The notes below the pieces were generated by a model. That model was not told the origin of the DNA, searched no databases, and saw nothing but the letters and a program-made list of their open reading frames with translations. A stretch of DNA of 59,764 nt, counting the filler, from Circinaria calcarea (lineage: Eukaryota), in NCBI GenBank assembly GCA_051942165.1. It is 10 parts of 10 records of this genome, joined end to end, with 100 filler letters (N's around TTAATTAATTAA, not from the genome) between each part and the next. Parts side by side here need not be neighbours in the genome. Positions count along the whole stretch, not along the records: positions 17,985 to 23,877 come from JAVECS010001753.1; positions 23,978 to 29,866 come from JAVECS010001754.1; positions 29,967 to 35,855 come from JAVECS010001755.1; 7 more parts are not named here. One strand, 5' to 3'. The position numbers and the translations under genes were made by a program. How positions within the stretch are numbered: position 1 is the stretch's first letter; the number at the start of each line of letters is the position of its first letter. Shown here piece by piece: positions 22,971 through 35,955 of the stretch.

Positions 22971-23877
22971 ATGGCATACTCTCATCCTCAGACCGCTACG
23001 ACCTCCTACACCAACACAGCTGCCTCGACACCGATGCGGCCTTCGACCCCCGAGCAACAGCCGTATCACGACAATATCACCCCGCTTCCCCGAGCCAATC
23101 CATTCGGGACTCCTCTGACTTCGAGACCGGCATCGTTTCGAAACTCCTCGGCTCTAGATCTCTCATCGGCGGTAGATCTTCATCACAAGGGACTCAGTCA
23201 GCGGTACTTTCACTCGAGGAGGGTACGCAAGGGTGAAGTCGAAAGGCCATGGATGGACAAGAAGGATCCGAGGGAGAAGTGGGTGACGATCATTCCTTTG
23301 ATCGGTCTGTTCGTCGGCTTTGCTCTCGCCGGTTTCCTCGTTTGGGACGGACTACGGACTGTGACGAACCATGTGTACTGTCCGGTACTTGACGAAGATT
23401 GGTCAAATGGCTTCAACGAAGCAGTCTGGACAAAAGAGGCTGAAGTCGGTGGCTTTGGGTAAGCGTCCCTGCTGTTGCCGATTCTCGACAGAATCATCCA
23501 TTAACGTGCATTGTAGCAACGGTCAATTTGAACAAACCACCACCGATGAGGAGAATGTATTCGTCAAAGATGGGTCTCTATATATTAAGCCGAGCTTGCA
23601 GGATGCGAAGCTCATCGACACGAATAATGTCATTGAATTGGGAGACGCTTGCTCGTCGGATGTATTCTCCAACTGCAACGCTGCTACCAACACCACGAAC
23701 GGCACCATTGTGCCTCCCGTCAAGTCTGGTCGCATTAACACGAAGAAAGGAGCAACCATCAAGTATGGTCGTATCGAAGTTACCGCAAATCTCCCTGGCG
23801 GAGACTGGTTATGGCCTGGCATTTGGATGCTTCCTGTCGAGGAAACCTACGGACCTTGGCCGACGTCTGGTGAAATT
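22971..23877 (+). CDS. Membrane-anchored glycoside hydrolase family 16 (beta-1,3-glucan-binding type), intron 23459-23516, 3' truncated
   Basis: YFHSRRV, single TM helix, GGFG-NGQFE, PPVKSGRINTK, YGRIEV, GDWLWPGIWMLP, WPTSGEI. Confidence 0.9.
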
Positions 23878-23977
23878 NNNNNNNNNNNNNNNNNNNNNNN
23901 NNNNNNNNNNNNNNNNNNNNNTTAATTAATTAANNNNNNNNNNNNNNNNNNNNNNNNNNNNNNNNNNNNNNNNNNNN

Positions 23978-24455
23978 GTTGGCCAGCGATAAGGGTCTAG
24001 GACCGGAATCAAGAGCATGGATAGGCTGGGCAAATATACTGGGAGCGTGGACACTGTTTCCGTTGCTAAAAAGGGATGAACTCAGGATACCTTACGCTGT
24101 ACTCACACTATTATGGGCGTTCCTCCTCGGCTTACCCCCAACTTCCATAAATCTCTATATGCCAGGCCAACCAGGGCTGTTTGCGGCTACAAAGTTCCTA
24201 CACCTAGTCTTTTACGCCGCAATGCTGGTGTGGCACGGTCTAGAGGCTTTCATTCCTACACCAGCCGGAAAACCGGATTTGTGGGTTGTTGTCAATGTTC
24301 TTATTGGCGCCGCTGGATTCGGAATTTGCTGGCTTTGGTGTACGTGGCAGTTGATACTGAAGAGCGGGATTATGGAAGACTACTTTGGGGTGAGAATACG
24401 ACTAAACGCAGCCGCAAACCAAAACGGGAAGTTGAAGCAGAAGAAGATAGAATGA
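23978..24455 (+). CDS. ALG6: Dolichyl-P-Glc glucosyltransferase ALG6, C-terminal part
   Basis: WIGWANILGAWTLFPLLKRDELR and KPDLWVV motifs, multiple TM segments, KKxx ER-retrieval end (QKKIE). Confidence 0.82.
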
Positions 24456-26118
24456 GGTTCATATGAATGTTCATAGGATGATCATGGGGAGGATAATCCT
24501 CATTTCGCCCGCCAAATACCCATTCGCATTTGATCGTGTAGTATCTTTATTCAGCCAAATGTAAAATAGTGTTGGTAGGCGACGGTGTTTCAATTGTGGT
24601 AATAGAGGAGGAGGCGAGTCTCACTGTAATTAGAAAGAACATCTCAACCAATAAGTCTTCTCGCAGTTAAGGTAGATGATAGTGGCCCTTAAATTAGCCT
24701 ATCATTCCGCTTCACATGTGTAAGCAAATCTCGGTTTAGAACTTTGATGATGTTCTAACTAAGCCCGTACTACCAATGTGACGCTCGTCGAGTCAAATGG
24801 CTATACCCGAATAATTATTTACCATACGGTATACCCTAACCGCTTATGCACAGTAGACGCGCACACACGGTAGGCGATAACGGCCAAATTTCACACACAC
24901 ATTTTGATTAGCCGAGGTTGTCTCGGAGCAAACTCCCTTGCAAATCTTGTTTTGGTATACTCAACCCATCTTTAATGATGATATATAGACTAATCAATCT
25001 CTTAGTGGAGTACAGACGGATCATACAGCATTTTGGGATATTCGCGCGGCTGGCGCATAAGACGCTGGAGGTTTCAAGCTTCCTCCTGCATGCATTGAGT
25101 CTTGACCAGACATTGACTGGCTCCGGTCTAGACTACGTGATCTTAACCTTTCCTGCAGAATATGGAGTGGGGTGTCACTACGCTAAAGGGATTTAGCCAA
25201 TGGAGCACATAGGAGGAGGAAAGAGAAAGCGTTTCCCACTTTTGAAGTCCATAGATTCTTCTAAACAACGGGCCAACGTTTACAGCTCCGGAGACTGGAC
25301 ACATTGTTAACACTCTTCTCCTCGCGGGTCAATTTTATCAACGGGTTACTCTTCTATTCACTCTGTTATTTCTTGCAACAGAGCCGCATTGGTAACTCCT
25401 TTTATTGAGTTTTTCTTTCACGCTTCACGGCGCCGATGAAAAGAAGTGGGTAAGTTGATTGTATCATTTCCTTCCTTGACAACCACACTTTGAAATACTA
25501 TTTAACATGTAAACTTTGATATCAAGTCCAGGAGGCGAAAATGCAACAGGTGTAGCGATAATGATAATGTAACTTATGGATGAGGCTCCTAGTAATATGC
25601 TGGGTTGGATGGCCTGCAAGAGCCCTGATACTAATGACAAACGCGTAAGGAGATAGGTATTTTCCTTCGTCTCGTAGCGCCAATGACATGTACAACCCAA
25701 CTGACGTACGCAATCCGGTCCATATCAAGTAACATCAATTATCATATCAACAAAAGTAATTCCGCTATAACAGTGGGCTTGCTTTGCCACTAGTTCTTAC
25801 GAGACCGTCTCATCAACACTTTAAATGATTCAAGATTAAAAAGTATTTCTTAAATTACTAGGCTCATCAACCCAACACATCTACTGCTTCTAGCAATTCT
25901 TTTCTACGTACCCTGTTTTCTTAACGTCGTCCAACTCATCTACCACAGTCACATAACCGTGGCTCTTCGATTCTGCATTTACCAAGATAGTTTTTTACTA
26001 CTCGATCTGAGCATTGGCATCTATCTCCTGTTCTCAGATAGCGATAAACACTATCGTCTCACTTCTTGCGTGGCCAACGTCTCTTCTGTATCAAAACCTG
26101 CCCACTTGCTTACATTAC

Positions 26119-26476
26119 GATGCAACGCATTAGCGAATGGGTCCGTTGCCAATCAACGGCAAGGGAGAACAACATTCAGCACCGTCAAGGAAAGCAGACT
26201 GCTCCACATTTCTATGGTCCAGATGAAACTGCATCAGACAAAAGTCCCGAGCCCGTGAGACTCTCGAAGCGAAGACGATTACAATTATACACCGAGGCCG
26301 AACATCCCATCACCACATCCATCAAGCAGGATACGAAGCAAGATCTCACACAACTTGAGAGTGTTGATACTCAAGAAGGCAATAAATCCTATCGCCCTGC
26401 AAAAAGAAGACATACGGCGATGAAGACGAGTGAGGACAAAATTCTAGCCAGAGCGGACAATGCAACATTCGAGTAA
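26119..26476 (+). CDS. Small basic hypothetical protein
   Basis: ATG-initiated ORF with NLS-like KRRR and KRRH stretches; no known domain. Confidence 0.3.
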
Positions 26477-26936
26477 CATTGGAAACCAAAGAATAGAGTC
26501 AACCACCCGATAAGGCGGGTGGCAAGGGGCAATGACGGCAACCCAGATGTCGGAGTCGCAAGCTCAGGTAGCGCAGCTACTAGCACTAAGCATGTAGAGA
26601 ACAACAAATACAAGGTATAATGGAGGGCTTCCTTAATTGTGATCAACTTACTAATATATATTAGTATGACGCCGGTCACAAAGAGCGGAGCAGCGAGTTC
26701 CTTACGTCTGCGATCCCATCACAATCAACAAACCATACCTTTCAACTTCTTAGCAACGATAGCTGTGTTCATCCTCCACGTCCTCTTCTCATTGCCCAGC
26801 ATCTACGTCCACTCGCCCTAAAATCAAATTTCCCCAAACACTTTCAGAGATACCGCCAGAGCCGTCACCAGCATCGCAAGCAGCATCAAAGGCTCCTTCC
26901 AAGAGAAAGACCGACTCTTCTATCCACGCCTTAGGG

Positions 26937-27719
26937 ATGGAGCCTCCAACATGTTCCATTAGACGCCCGGGTGAGAATGCTCATACCTGTGCACCACCTA
27001 CCTGGCCGATCATGCAGTCAAAAACCTCTTCCAATCACCGCACAGCGGAGTTTCTTGGTGCCAATAAACCAACAGCCACGACTGAAGCTTGTCAACTTCG
27101 TCCAAAGTTGGCTCCTTTCTTTCTTCCTCGACGCCGCGGAGCGGATATTGTCGATGCTACTCCAGCTGCAACAGCATGCCCGGACGATCAGGTTTCTTCT
27201 CCAAATTGTGTTCCTTATCCCGGGCCGTCCCTGACGGGAGGGAACACTACTATACCCCAGCCGATCAAACCACAACTCAACTCCTCGTTCATTGCAGCTT
27301 CGGGTCAATTCTCCTTACAAACAACAGTCTCAGCTCCCACCCATCATGGCTTTCCTCAAACCAAGTCTTCTCTGTCGCAAACTAGGCCATATCCGCGGAT
27401 GCCAGTACGGCCAGCAGCCTCACCGTTTGTAAAGTATATGTCATTCGAACAGTACTCAAAGCAGGTACTCGGAGTTACAGCTGGTAATTCCACAGATCAG
27501 CGATCTCTGTCCGATGCAAATCATACTCCTGCTCAGAGTACCCCCGCGCCTTCTTTACCGGCCTTCAATGCAGCAAACTCAATTGTGACTAATCAAATCA
27601 TATCCCTTGGTGGACAAAGTCTCTATCCTCCGTTACAAACTCCATATCAACAGTTAAGCGCACGGGGAGGTAATTTGGATGAGGGGGAGGAGGAATTCGA
27701 CTTCTCCTGGGCTTCATGA
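26937..27719 (+). CDS. Pro/Ser/Thr-rich hypothetical protein
   Basis: 260-aa ORF, low complexity, acidic end DEGEEEFDFSW. Confidence 0.5.
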   Translation: MEPPTCSIRRPGENAHTCAPPTWPIMQSKTSSNHRTAEFLGANKPTATTEACQLRPKLAPFFLPRRRGADIVDATPAATACPDDQVSSPNCVPYPGPSLTGGNTTIPQPIKPQLNSSFIAASGQFSLQTTVSAPTHHGFPQTKSSLSQTRPYPRMPVRPAASPFVKYMSFEQYSKQVLGVTAGNSTDQRSLSDANHTPAQSTPAPSLPAFNAANSIVTNQIISLGGQSLYPPLQTPYQQLSARGGNLDEGEEEFDFSWAS

Positions 27720-28375
27720 AATGCCTCGGGATCTTATGAGAGCTCCTGATACCCATGGCTGTGGCCAGCATTTCTCCTTCGCAGCCCCAGAAGGGTAAAG
27801 GGAAATAGCGAGCGATGTCCTTTTTGTTGTCTGTTGTGCCGGATCTATTTGGTTTAGACTGGGAGGGAATGCTTTGTACGGGACCCATTATCCTCGTATC
27901 TATAAACATAAGAATGGTAGTCTTGGGCATTGCGACTGGAGGCTGCTCCCCTGGCGATGTGTTTGAATGGAAGAGTAGAATTGGTTAGTTCCCCGCATGC
28001 TACAACTTCTTAAAGTAGAACGCTCTAAGAAGCGCTGTACATGACTAATATCGAGAGCGGAATTGGGGTATTCGGAATAGATATAACTTTGAGAGTGGAG
28101 TGATCTCTGTTACACCCTCTTCTCTATCTAGAATAACCTACATTTAATTCATAATGCTATTTCTACTGGATCGACGCAGCATTGGTGCTGATCCCCTGTA
28201 GTTACTAAAGGATGAGGAAGTTGCTCTAACGTTCATGCGACTGCTGTAGTAGTTTATGGGCTAAGGTGAGAGGCACGCCTACAATGAGTCAGAGCCAGCC
28301 ATGGGCTACACGACTCCGATGTTGCCTGGGGTGAAGTGACAAAGTCGACCAGTCTTGGAGCTTAAGCCAGCAAAA

Positions 28376-29255
28376 ATGTATCCTACGCATCCACGAAGTA
28401 CGGTCAATCGATTGAAGAAGAGAGGTACGATATCGCCGCTCGCAGTTTCGTCTCCTCACTGTTTGTTTACAAGCTCGAAGGAATTTAGCTAACCATGCTC
28501 TGTCACTCCCTGTAGCTGTCTATGAATACTCCACAATCCACAGCATTGTCAACTCCGCATCTATTATCCATGTCTCCTTCGTCCCATCTCCAGACGACCC
28601 TTTCCCAACCACCCTCCCCATGCTCGGGCACATGGGTAACTTCTCATCCCCGGATGCAGATCCTGCCACAGAGCCTTTAGACCTTTACATTCACGGCTAT
28701 ATATCTTCCCGCCTGATGCGCTTGCCAGAGAATGCCCCTGAGCGGACAGACACCGAGGAGTCCGGCCTCCCAGTCTGCGTCTCAGCAGCCCATCTGGATG
28801 GCATTGTCCTCGCACTCACACCCTTCCACAATAGTATGAATTACCGCTCTGCAGTGCTCCACGGCTACGCCCAACCCGTTACAGGCGCAGAGGAGAAGCT
28901 ATGGGCTATGCAACTCATCACCGAGGGCATTCTTCCCGGAGGATGGAATAATGCCAGGATTCCGCCAACCCAAGCAGAGTTACAGTCGACCCAGATCCTT
29001 CGTGTAAGGGTTAAAAGCGCAAGTGCTAAGGTCAGGGCAGGAGGACCGAGTGAGGATAGGAAGGATTTGAAGGATGCGGAGTTGAGGAAAAGGGTGTGGA
29101 CGGGTGTTGTGCCGGTTTGGGAAATGTGGGGGGAGCCGATTAAGGCGGAGGAAAACGAAAAGGAAGGGGGGTTGCCGGAGTATATAAGGCGGGTTGAGGA
29201 AAGTGGGAACGAGGCAAGGAGATCGCATGCAGAGAGAGCTGTCAAGGAAAAGTAA
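28376..29255 (+). CDS. Pyridoxamine 5'-phosphate oxidase-like flavin-binding protein (NimA-like), one intron about 28425-28515
   Basis: TVNRLKKR-AVYEY, IHVSF, LYIHG, HLDGIVLALTPFHNSMNYRSAVLHG, SAKVRAGGP, VWTGVVP. Confidence 0.88.
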
Positions 29256-29673
29256 AGGGATGATTAGATGGAAGGCTACCTGGCTCGATCGATTCTTGGC
29301 AGGAGCTTTTGCTATAATATCTTCTCTATTTGAGATCATATGTTTATCACCTATGCATTATGCCTTCTTGTATTAACGAACATGCTCATTCTATTGGGCA
29401 CTGGAAGACTGGCCACTTCATTTACCGATCATGTACCTTGAATAATAGTACTAAGGCAATTTAATGATCATGTAAACAAATATTATACACACTCGTGAAT
29501 GAAGCCACTCTCAATCGATTTTCAAATAAGGTCGACATATTTAGATAGGGCTGCACTATCATAGCGCTCTCAGGCTATTTGGCGGATCGGTAAAACCAAA
29601 CCCCCGAGGTTGTGATATGCAAAAGGTACTCGCCTCGATCTTTGTACGTATCGTTCTTTCAACGTGGAACATT

Positions 29674-29866
29674 ATGGGCCACGACACGAAGAAACGATCG
29701 CATGAGCAATTTGCCCAGGAAGCCGAGCTTGATGCAGAAATAAATCAGAATTTTGGGATAGCATCGACCCTTGCCCATATCCGAAATCCTGAATCTCACC
29801 TGGGAGATGGTAGTATCGAAAACCCAAGCTCCGAGGAGTGGGTAACCGTAGACAGACGTTCGAAGA
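29674..29866 (+). CDS. N-terminus of a gene truncated by the spacer
   Basis: MGHDTKKRSHEQF... open to the contig end; function not assignable. Confidence 0.45.
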
Positions 29867-29966
29867 NNNNNNNNNNNNNNNNNNNNNNNNNNNNNNNNNN
29901 NNNNNNNNNNTTAATTAATTAANNNNNNNNNNNNNNNNNNNNNNNNNNNNNNNNNNNNNNNNNNNN

Positions 29967-32900
29967 TCCTCCAAGACTACCATGCTAAACAAATCATTGC
30001 ATCTCTCCAGGCCATAGCAGCACCCATCTGCAAAGTCATTCGTGACAACGGCAATCCTTTACGATCAAGGCTGAAGATCTTGTGCCTGGAGATATTGTCC
30101 AACTTGGTATTGGTGACATCGTGGCCGCTGATCTTCGTCTTGCTAGCGGTATCAACTTGTCCTGCGACGAAGCTTTATTGACCGGAGAATCAAGTCCCTC
30201 TGCAAAGAACGCCGATTTTATCTCGGACAAGCTCGCTACAGCAGTTGGCGATCGAGTCAACATTGCCTACTCGTCCACGACTGTGACCCGTGGCAGAGGT
30301 GCTGGTATCGTCGTGGCCACTGGCATGGACACAGATATTGGTAGGATTGCGCTTTTCCTCTATGACAAGAAGGGGCCTTCCGAAGTTCTATGGTACAGTC
30401 AAGTTGATAAGAGAGCTTCGCATGGAGTCAGGAATGCCCGGGGTCTCAAGGGCACTCCGTTACAGAACAATCTTCATGGTTTGCCTTGTTTCTTTTAGAT
30501 CTTGCTATCTTGCTAGCCATCATTGTCTTCTCCGTCAATCTGTGGGATATCGACGACCAGATGCTGATCTATGGCATTTGAGTGGCAGTGGCTGTCATTC
30601 CAGAATCTCTAATTGCCGTCCTAACAATCACTATGGCCGTAGGATCTAAGGCCATGGCAAAGAGCAATGTCATTGTTAGGAATATCGGCGCTCTCGAAGC
30701 TATTGGTGGCGTCACCAACATTTACTCTGACAAAACTGGCACCTTCACCCAGGGGAAGATGATGGCGAGAAGGGTTTTCTTCACCAGCGGGCGTCGCTTA
30801 CAAGTACACAATGAGTCCAATTCTCTTAATCCGACGACAGGTGATCTGAAATAAGAGGGGGATATAGTTCGAGCAGAGGATGTGGAGCATGATGAAATAA
30901 TCAAGCGTCTGTTCCAGATTATGGCTTTGTGTAATGTTTCCACCGTCTCTGGCAACGAGCCAAGTTGGACAACAACCGGCGAGCCAATTGAAATCGCTCT
31001 TCAAGTCATGGCAATGCGAGCGGGAGCCAGTAAATTCGATATTATAGCCAGGGATGACATGAAATTGCTGACAGAACATTCATTTGACTCCGCGGTGAAA
31101 CGCATGAGCGTTGTTTATCAAGTTGGCCAAGCAGCAGAAGTCATCTGCTGTACTAAAGGTGCCACGGAGGCTCTAATACCTCAGATGTTTATTGACAATG
31201 CTACCTCGAAGATGATTGTTGCCCAGGCAGATGCCATGGCCTCTGAAGGTCTTCGGGTACTTTGCTTAGCGCATCGCACGCTCGCACAAGACAGTGTCAA
31301 TTGCATTTCTGATCGCAAATACAATGAGCAGCAGCAGACATTCGCTGACTTGATTGGTATCTATGATCCGCCTCGTCAAGAAACGTCTGGCGCCATCAGA
31401 CAGTGTCAAGGAGCTGGGATCACTGTTCATATGCTCACCGGAGACCGCCTCAAGACGGCTACAAAAGTCGCCCGTGAAGTCGGTATCCTTACTCCATATG
31501 TGGCTGATTCAACCTCTTCAAACGCTGTCATGACTGCCTCGATCTTCGATAAGATGACAGATGCTCAGCTGGACGAGTTGAGATTCTTGCCTTTGGTTCT
31601 AGCTCGTTGCAGTCCGACCACCAAACTACGCATACTTGATGCTTTACACCGCAGGCGCAAGTAGCCTCATGACTGGTGATGGTGTCAATGATTCTCCGGC
31701 GCTGAAAGGTGCTGATGTCGGCGTTGTCATGGGATCGAACGGCAGCGATGTGAGCAAGGAGGCCGCCAACATCGTTCTCACCGATAACAATTTCGCCTCC
31801 ATCGTCTCCGCCATTCGCGAAGGACGGCGATTGTTTGACAACATTCGGAAGTTCCTTCTGCATCTACTGATCTCAAATATTGCACAGGTCGTTCTACTTC
31901 TGGTCGGCCTTGCCTTCGAGGACAGTAATGGCGTGTCGGTCTTCCCGCTATCACCATTAGAGATTCTCTTCCCAACCTCGTAAGCTCATCCTTCCTAGCA
32001 ATAGGTTCGGGTCTCGAGGAGCCTCCACGGACGTCATAAAGAGGTCACCACACTCTTTGAAAGCCGGTGTCTTACTAAAGAACTTATCATTGACAAACTC
32101 ATCTACGTTACCTTTTTGCCTCAGTGCCACCTCCGTAAACTCCGGAGGCCTCAGACTTCTTTCGTACTAGCTTCGCTAGAAAAGGTTTTTCCGATCCGAT
32201 ATTATGTAAACCTTTTTCGAGAGAAGTCTGAGAGCGTTGTCCAAAAAATATATGGAACAACGCGAGATTTGTTAGGGATTTACATACAAAACATCGCGAG
32301 ATCCCCGCGCTCCCAAAATATGATTTTTACCAACCACGTGATCACCACGTATGATTAATTAAATCCGCTCTGACAATTTATGCTAAATGCTCTACTCTAT
32401 TATATAACCCTTGAAGTAATTAATTCCACCCAGTGGTTGTTGACTAAAAAGCTAATAACCCAAGATCACGATTTAGTATAAACGCCTACAACTACCCATT
32501 ACACGACCCTGCTCGCAGTAAACTGCCATTGAATATCTTAGACCCACTATTAGAACCTCCATTCTTTATATAGCTTCTGTTTTCCATACAGAACCTCTGT
32601 ATATAGGGGGTAAAAATAGGAAAGGAGGGAGCTGAACCAGAACGGCGGCGTTTCTAGGGCCTTAACGCAGGCATAATAGAAGAAGCCGCTCTAACAATTT
32701 ATTCGAAAGGACGCCTAGAGCGAGTGTTATAAGCCATATTAAATTCTATTAATTAGTTGTTGATAAATTCGAAAAAATCACCTCTCACACAAAAATGTTG
32801 TTCCCCTCACCAAAAAGGCTGGACAATTCCCTCAGACTGCGCTTCGCGCGCACGCTATTTTTAGCATCTACTAACTATATACGGCCATTCCGAAAAATAC

Positions 32901-33455
32901 GCGGCAGCGAAGCGAAAGCAGTCTGAATTTCTAAGACAAGTTACCTTTATGGGAAGCCTCTGTTTAGTCAGCTTCTGCATCGTCGTTTATGGCGTTGGCA
33001 ACGGCAACTTAGGCGAGGGCTGAAACCAGAGTTACAATGACACTTGCAAAGTAGCTTATCGTGCCCGAGGCACCACATACAGTATCCTCACGGTACTGCT
33101 TTCTGTCATGGCTTGGGAAGTTAAGCACCTGGATCTGAGTCTGTTCAATATGTATACATTCGAGAAGTCTCGCCCTGGCCTGTCGGTAATTTCTACCATC
33201 ACGAGGAACCGCTTTCTCTTCTGGTCAGTCATTGCTGGCTTGGTGACTCCCTTCCCAGTCATCTCCATTCCGTTCGTTAATTGTGTGGTGTTCCGTCACT
33301 CGGCATTGACTTGGGAATGGGGCCTCGTCTTTGGTAGCATTGTCTGCTTTGTGTCCCTTGTAGAAAGCTGGAAGGCGATGAAGCGAAGACGCAAAGCAAA
33401 CGCTGCGACACTTGACACAGCTTGCCAAGGAAAGAGTCCTCGGGGCTCGATTTGA
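29967..33455 (+). pseudogene. ENA-type (P2D) Na+/K+ P-type ATPase pseudogene
   Basis: LVPGDIV, LTGES, AVIPESL, SDKTGT, KGATE, DPPR, MLTGD, TGDGVNDSPAL motifs split over many frames by in-frame stops (about 30579, 30852, 31662, 33021), frameshifts and a transposon insertion. Confidence 0.92.
32116..32939. mobile_element. Non-autonomous Mutator-like (MULE) element inserted in the ENA pseudogene
   Basis: 9-bp direct repeat gttaccttt at 32107-32115 and 32940-32948; degenerate TIR ttgcctcag...tcagacttctttcg vs ttgtcttag...tcagactgctttcg; AT-rich interior. Confidence 0.85.
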
Positions 33456-33793
33456 GGGGTTGGATTGGCCCCATTGGATGCTACAGCAGATATTCAACAC
33501 TTACTGCTGGAACCACCAGAGACTATTGAGCTGAGGGGCTAGCTAAGTTCGCCGTTGGCAGTGAATGTTCGTACTTCGACATGTATAAACATATACACTC
33601 ATTTAGATGAACATAAGACAGTATTCTATATATTACCTGCGTTGTGAACGCCGACAAGCTCCATTGAACATATTCTATATTCTGTTGAAGACAAACTAAT
33701 TGTGAAATCCACCAGATTAGGATGATAGAAACCAGGAAAAGAGTCGTAGATGAATCCAGTAGTCATAAGATGCTGGGTGTTATCCTACTCAGT

Positions 33794-34380
33794 CTAGAAG
33801 CAGGGAGTATGGGGTAAAACCTCTTGATCGCCAATCATGTTTTCAATCAGTGGTAGATTCGCATAAACAGCACAATCGCTCTCGCCATGAATGTAGACCT
33901 CACCAGTACAGCCTGCATTTCGAATCAGGGCACGAATGGCTTGCACCTCTTGGATCCTGTATGACTGGAGCACTGAGAGGACCCAGCCTTTCTTAGGCTG
34001 TCTGTTGCACTCTTTCGTTACATGCTTCGCCGCCAATCTCAAGAAGTCTTCGGGTATCTGCTGTATGTCCAAGAGGATCGGCAGCTGCAATCAAGAGGGA
34101 GTACGCAAAGCCATATATTTCGGGATTTGGGAGCAGGACGGTCTTGACGTTACGTACAGCGAGTCTCTCGTCGGCTTTTTCGCGGTATGGCATACCCAAA
34201 TGGAACAGGCTCTGCCGGTCTCACATCACTGAATTTGTATACAACTTTCGATGGTGCTTGGGGGACGAGAGAAGGAGTTCTCGCCTGTGCTTCTAGGTAT
34301 TGCCTATTTCTTCGTCGCCTTCATTGCTCCAATCAATCCTAAGACTGCCAGTCCCTAGATTGACGAAGATGTAGTCCACT
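33794..34380 (-). pseudogene. Degenerate Hsp70/actin-like ATPase fragment
   Basis: YIFVNLGTGSLRIDW (resembles IDxGT) and WVLSVLQSY...IRALIRNAG...VYIHGESDCAVY (resembles VP...AG...EPxAA), broken by stops and frameshifts. Confidence 0.4.
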
Positions 34381-34526
34381 AGACCACCGACCCCCCTTCG
34401 AACGGTTGACGGGAGCCAGATTTATCCATGGCGAGGATTGCCTATGCCTCGAGGACGTTGAGCCTCTGTGCTTTTATGTCCGAGCCAAGAGAAGATCGAT
34501 CGAGGTGATAAATAGAGCTTCGAGTC

Positions 34527-35160
34527 CCCCGTGTCTAGGGGGGGGGGTCGCCAAGCTTTCCGGGGGGGGTTCGTCTGGTATCTAAATTTCGCCCCGGTAT
34601 ATAATAAAAACTAGGCATATTCGCCCTGAGCCAGGCGCAATTCGCCCTGAGTATTAGGACTAGCTCGAATTAGTGCATGAATGGCATGAATTCGAAAGAG
34701 TATGCTGAATATGGAAGGCTAATTGGCTGGTTCGGCGCATTCTTCGGCGCATTCCGAAGGCATGGAAAGCACGAAAGGCATAAATTCTGGCTATGATACA
34801 CGGAGCGCGCACTACGATAAAAGATTATAGATTAGTTTGGTGGAAAAGGCGGAGTGTATTTAATACTACATAGTGCGGAATATGCCATATTAGGCCTGTT
34901 ATACCCCTGTTTCTGCCTCCGTCTTCACAAAATATATAAGTATTAAGCGAAGGCAGAGGCACGAGTATACCAATGTTTAGCGGAGGCCGGGGTACGAGGC
35001 GCGAGCGTTCGGCAGGCGTAGCCTCTGTGGATAAAAGGTATAAGCCTGGAGCAGTGAATTACGCTTAATTATAAATTCTGGTTTCGGGTAATACTCGGAT
35101 CGGTAAATTACCAGCCGACCCCCCCGGAGGTTAAGCGACGACCCCCCCCTAGACCCGGGG
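34527..35160. mobile_element. Mutator-like MITE (634 bp)
   Basis: 9-bp TSD cttcgagtc at 34518-34526 and 35161-35169; G/C-tract TIRs ccccgtgtctagggg... and ...cccctagacccgggg. Confidence 0.9.
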
Positions 35161-35955
35161 CTTCGAGTCTGCCCCTACATCGAGATGGCTGCGGAAATCA
35201 GGACTTTTTGCAATCACTTGAGCTAGATTATAGATTAATACATAAGAATGTACTCATTGCACAGTTTATCCGATCTCCATTTTACTGCAATGACATTGAG
35301 GGTGCATCGTTTGTGGGTAATTTCGTATGTGGAACACCACGCTCGAACTAGCCAACGCCTCTGGAGGCAAGGATATACATGTTCGATGTAATCATACATA
35401 GCTCTTTATGTTTTAAGGTTATCTTGATTCTGCTTTCTTCATATAAGATTCCTCAAGTGTTCCAACACGCCAGAAGCGTAATCAACTGAATCCTCATAGA
35501 AACGAGATATGCAGCATTAAAGACGCATTGACACGAACCACTTCCCATCATGTCGATCCACAAGCTGTCTACCACCAACTGTCTCTCTCAGTTCCTCCAC
35601 TGAGTGAGATGCTATAGTCACAACTCCCAATAATAGCAAATGACCGAGAGCCCCCTAAGCCAGGCTTCGCGCTTGACTGGAGTGACAGTACACCCGTCCT
35701 CCAAGGCCAGAAAGAGAGAAGAGTAAAATAACGCCGATTAGAAAAGGCCCAAGCAAATGTAGGCTAAGTCATTTCTCATCACCGCCCTGCTGACTTCCTT
35801 TCCGGATAGGGCCAGAACTGTCTTCACCCAAAGGAATCTGTCTGGAGATGTGATGNNNNNNNNNNNNNNNNNNNNNNNNNNNNNNNNNNNNNNNNNNNNT
35901 TAATTAATTAANNNNNNNNNNNNNNNNNNNNNNNNNNNNNNNNNNNNNNNNNNNN

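Noticed and set aside
30560..33030. In-frame TGA/TAA/TAG codons in the ENA gene as recoding, selenocysteine or RNA-editing sites
   Set aside because: They co-occur with frameshifts and a transposon insertion; pseudogenisation explains them
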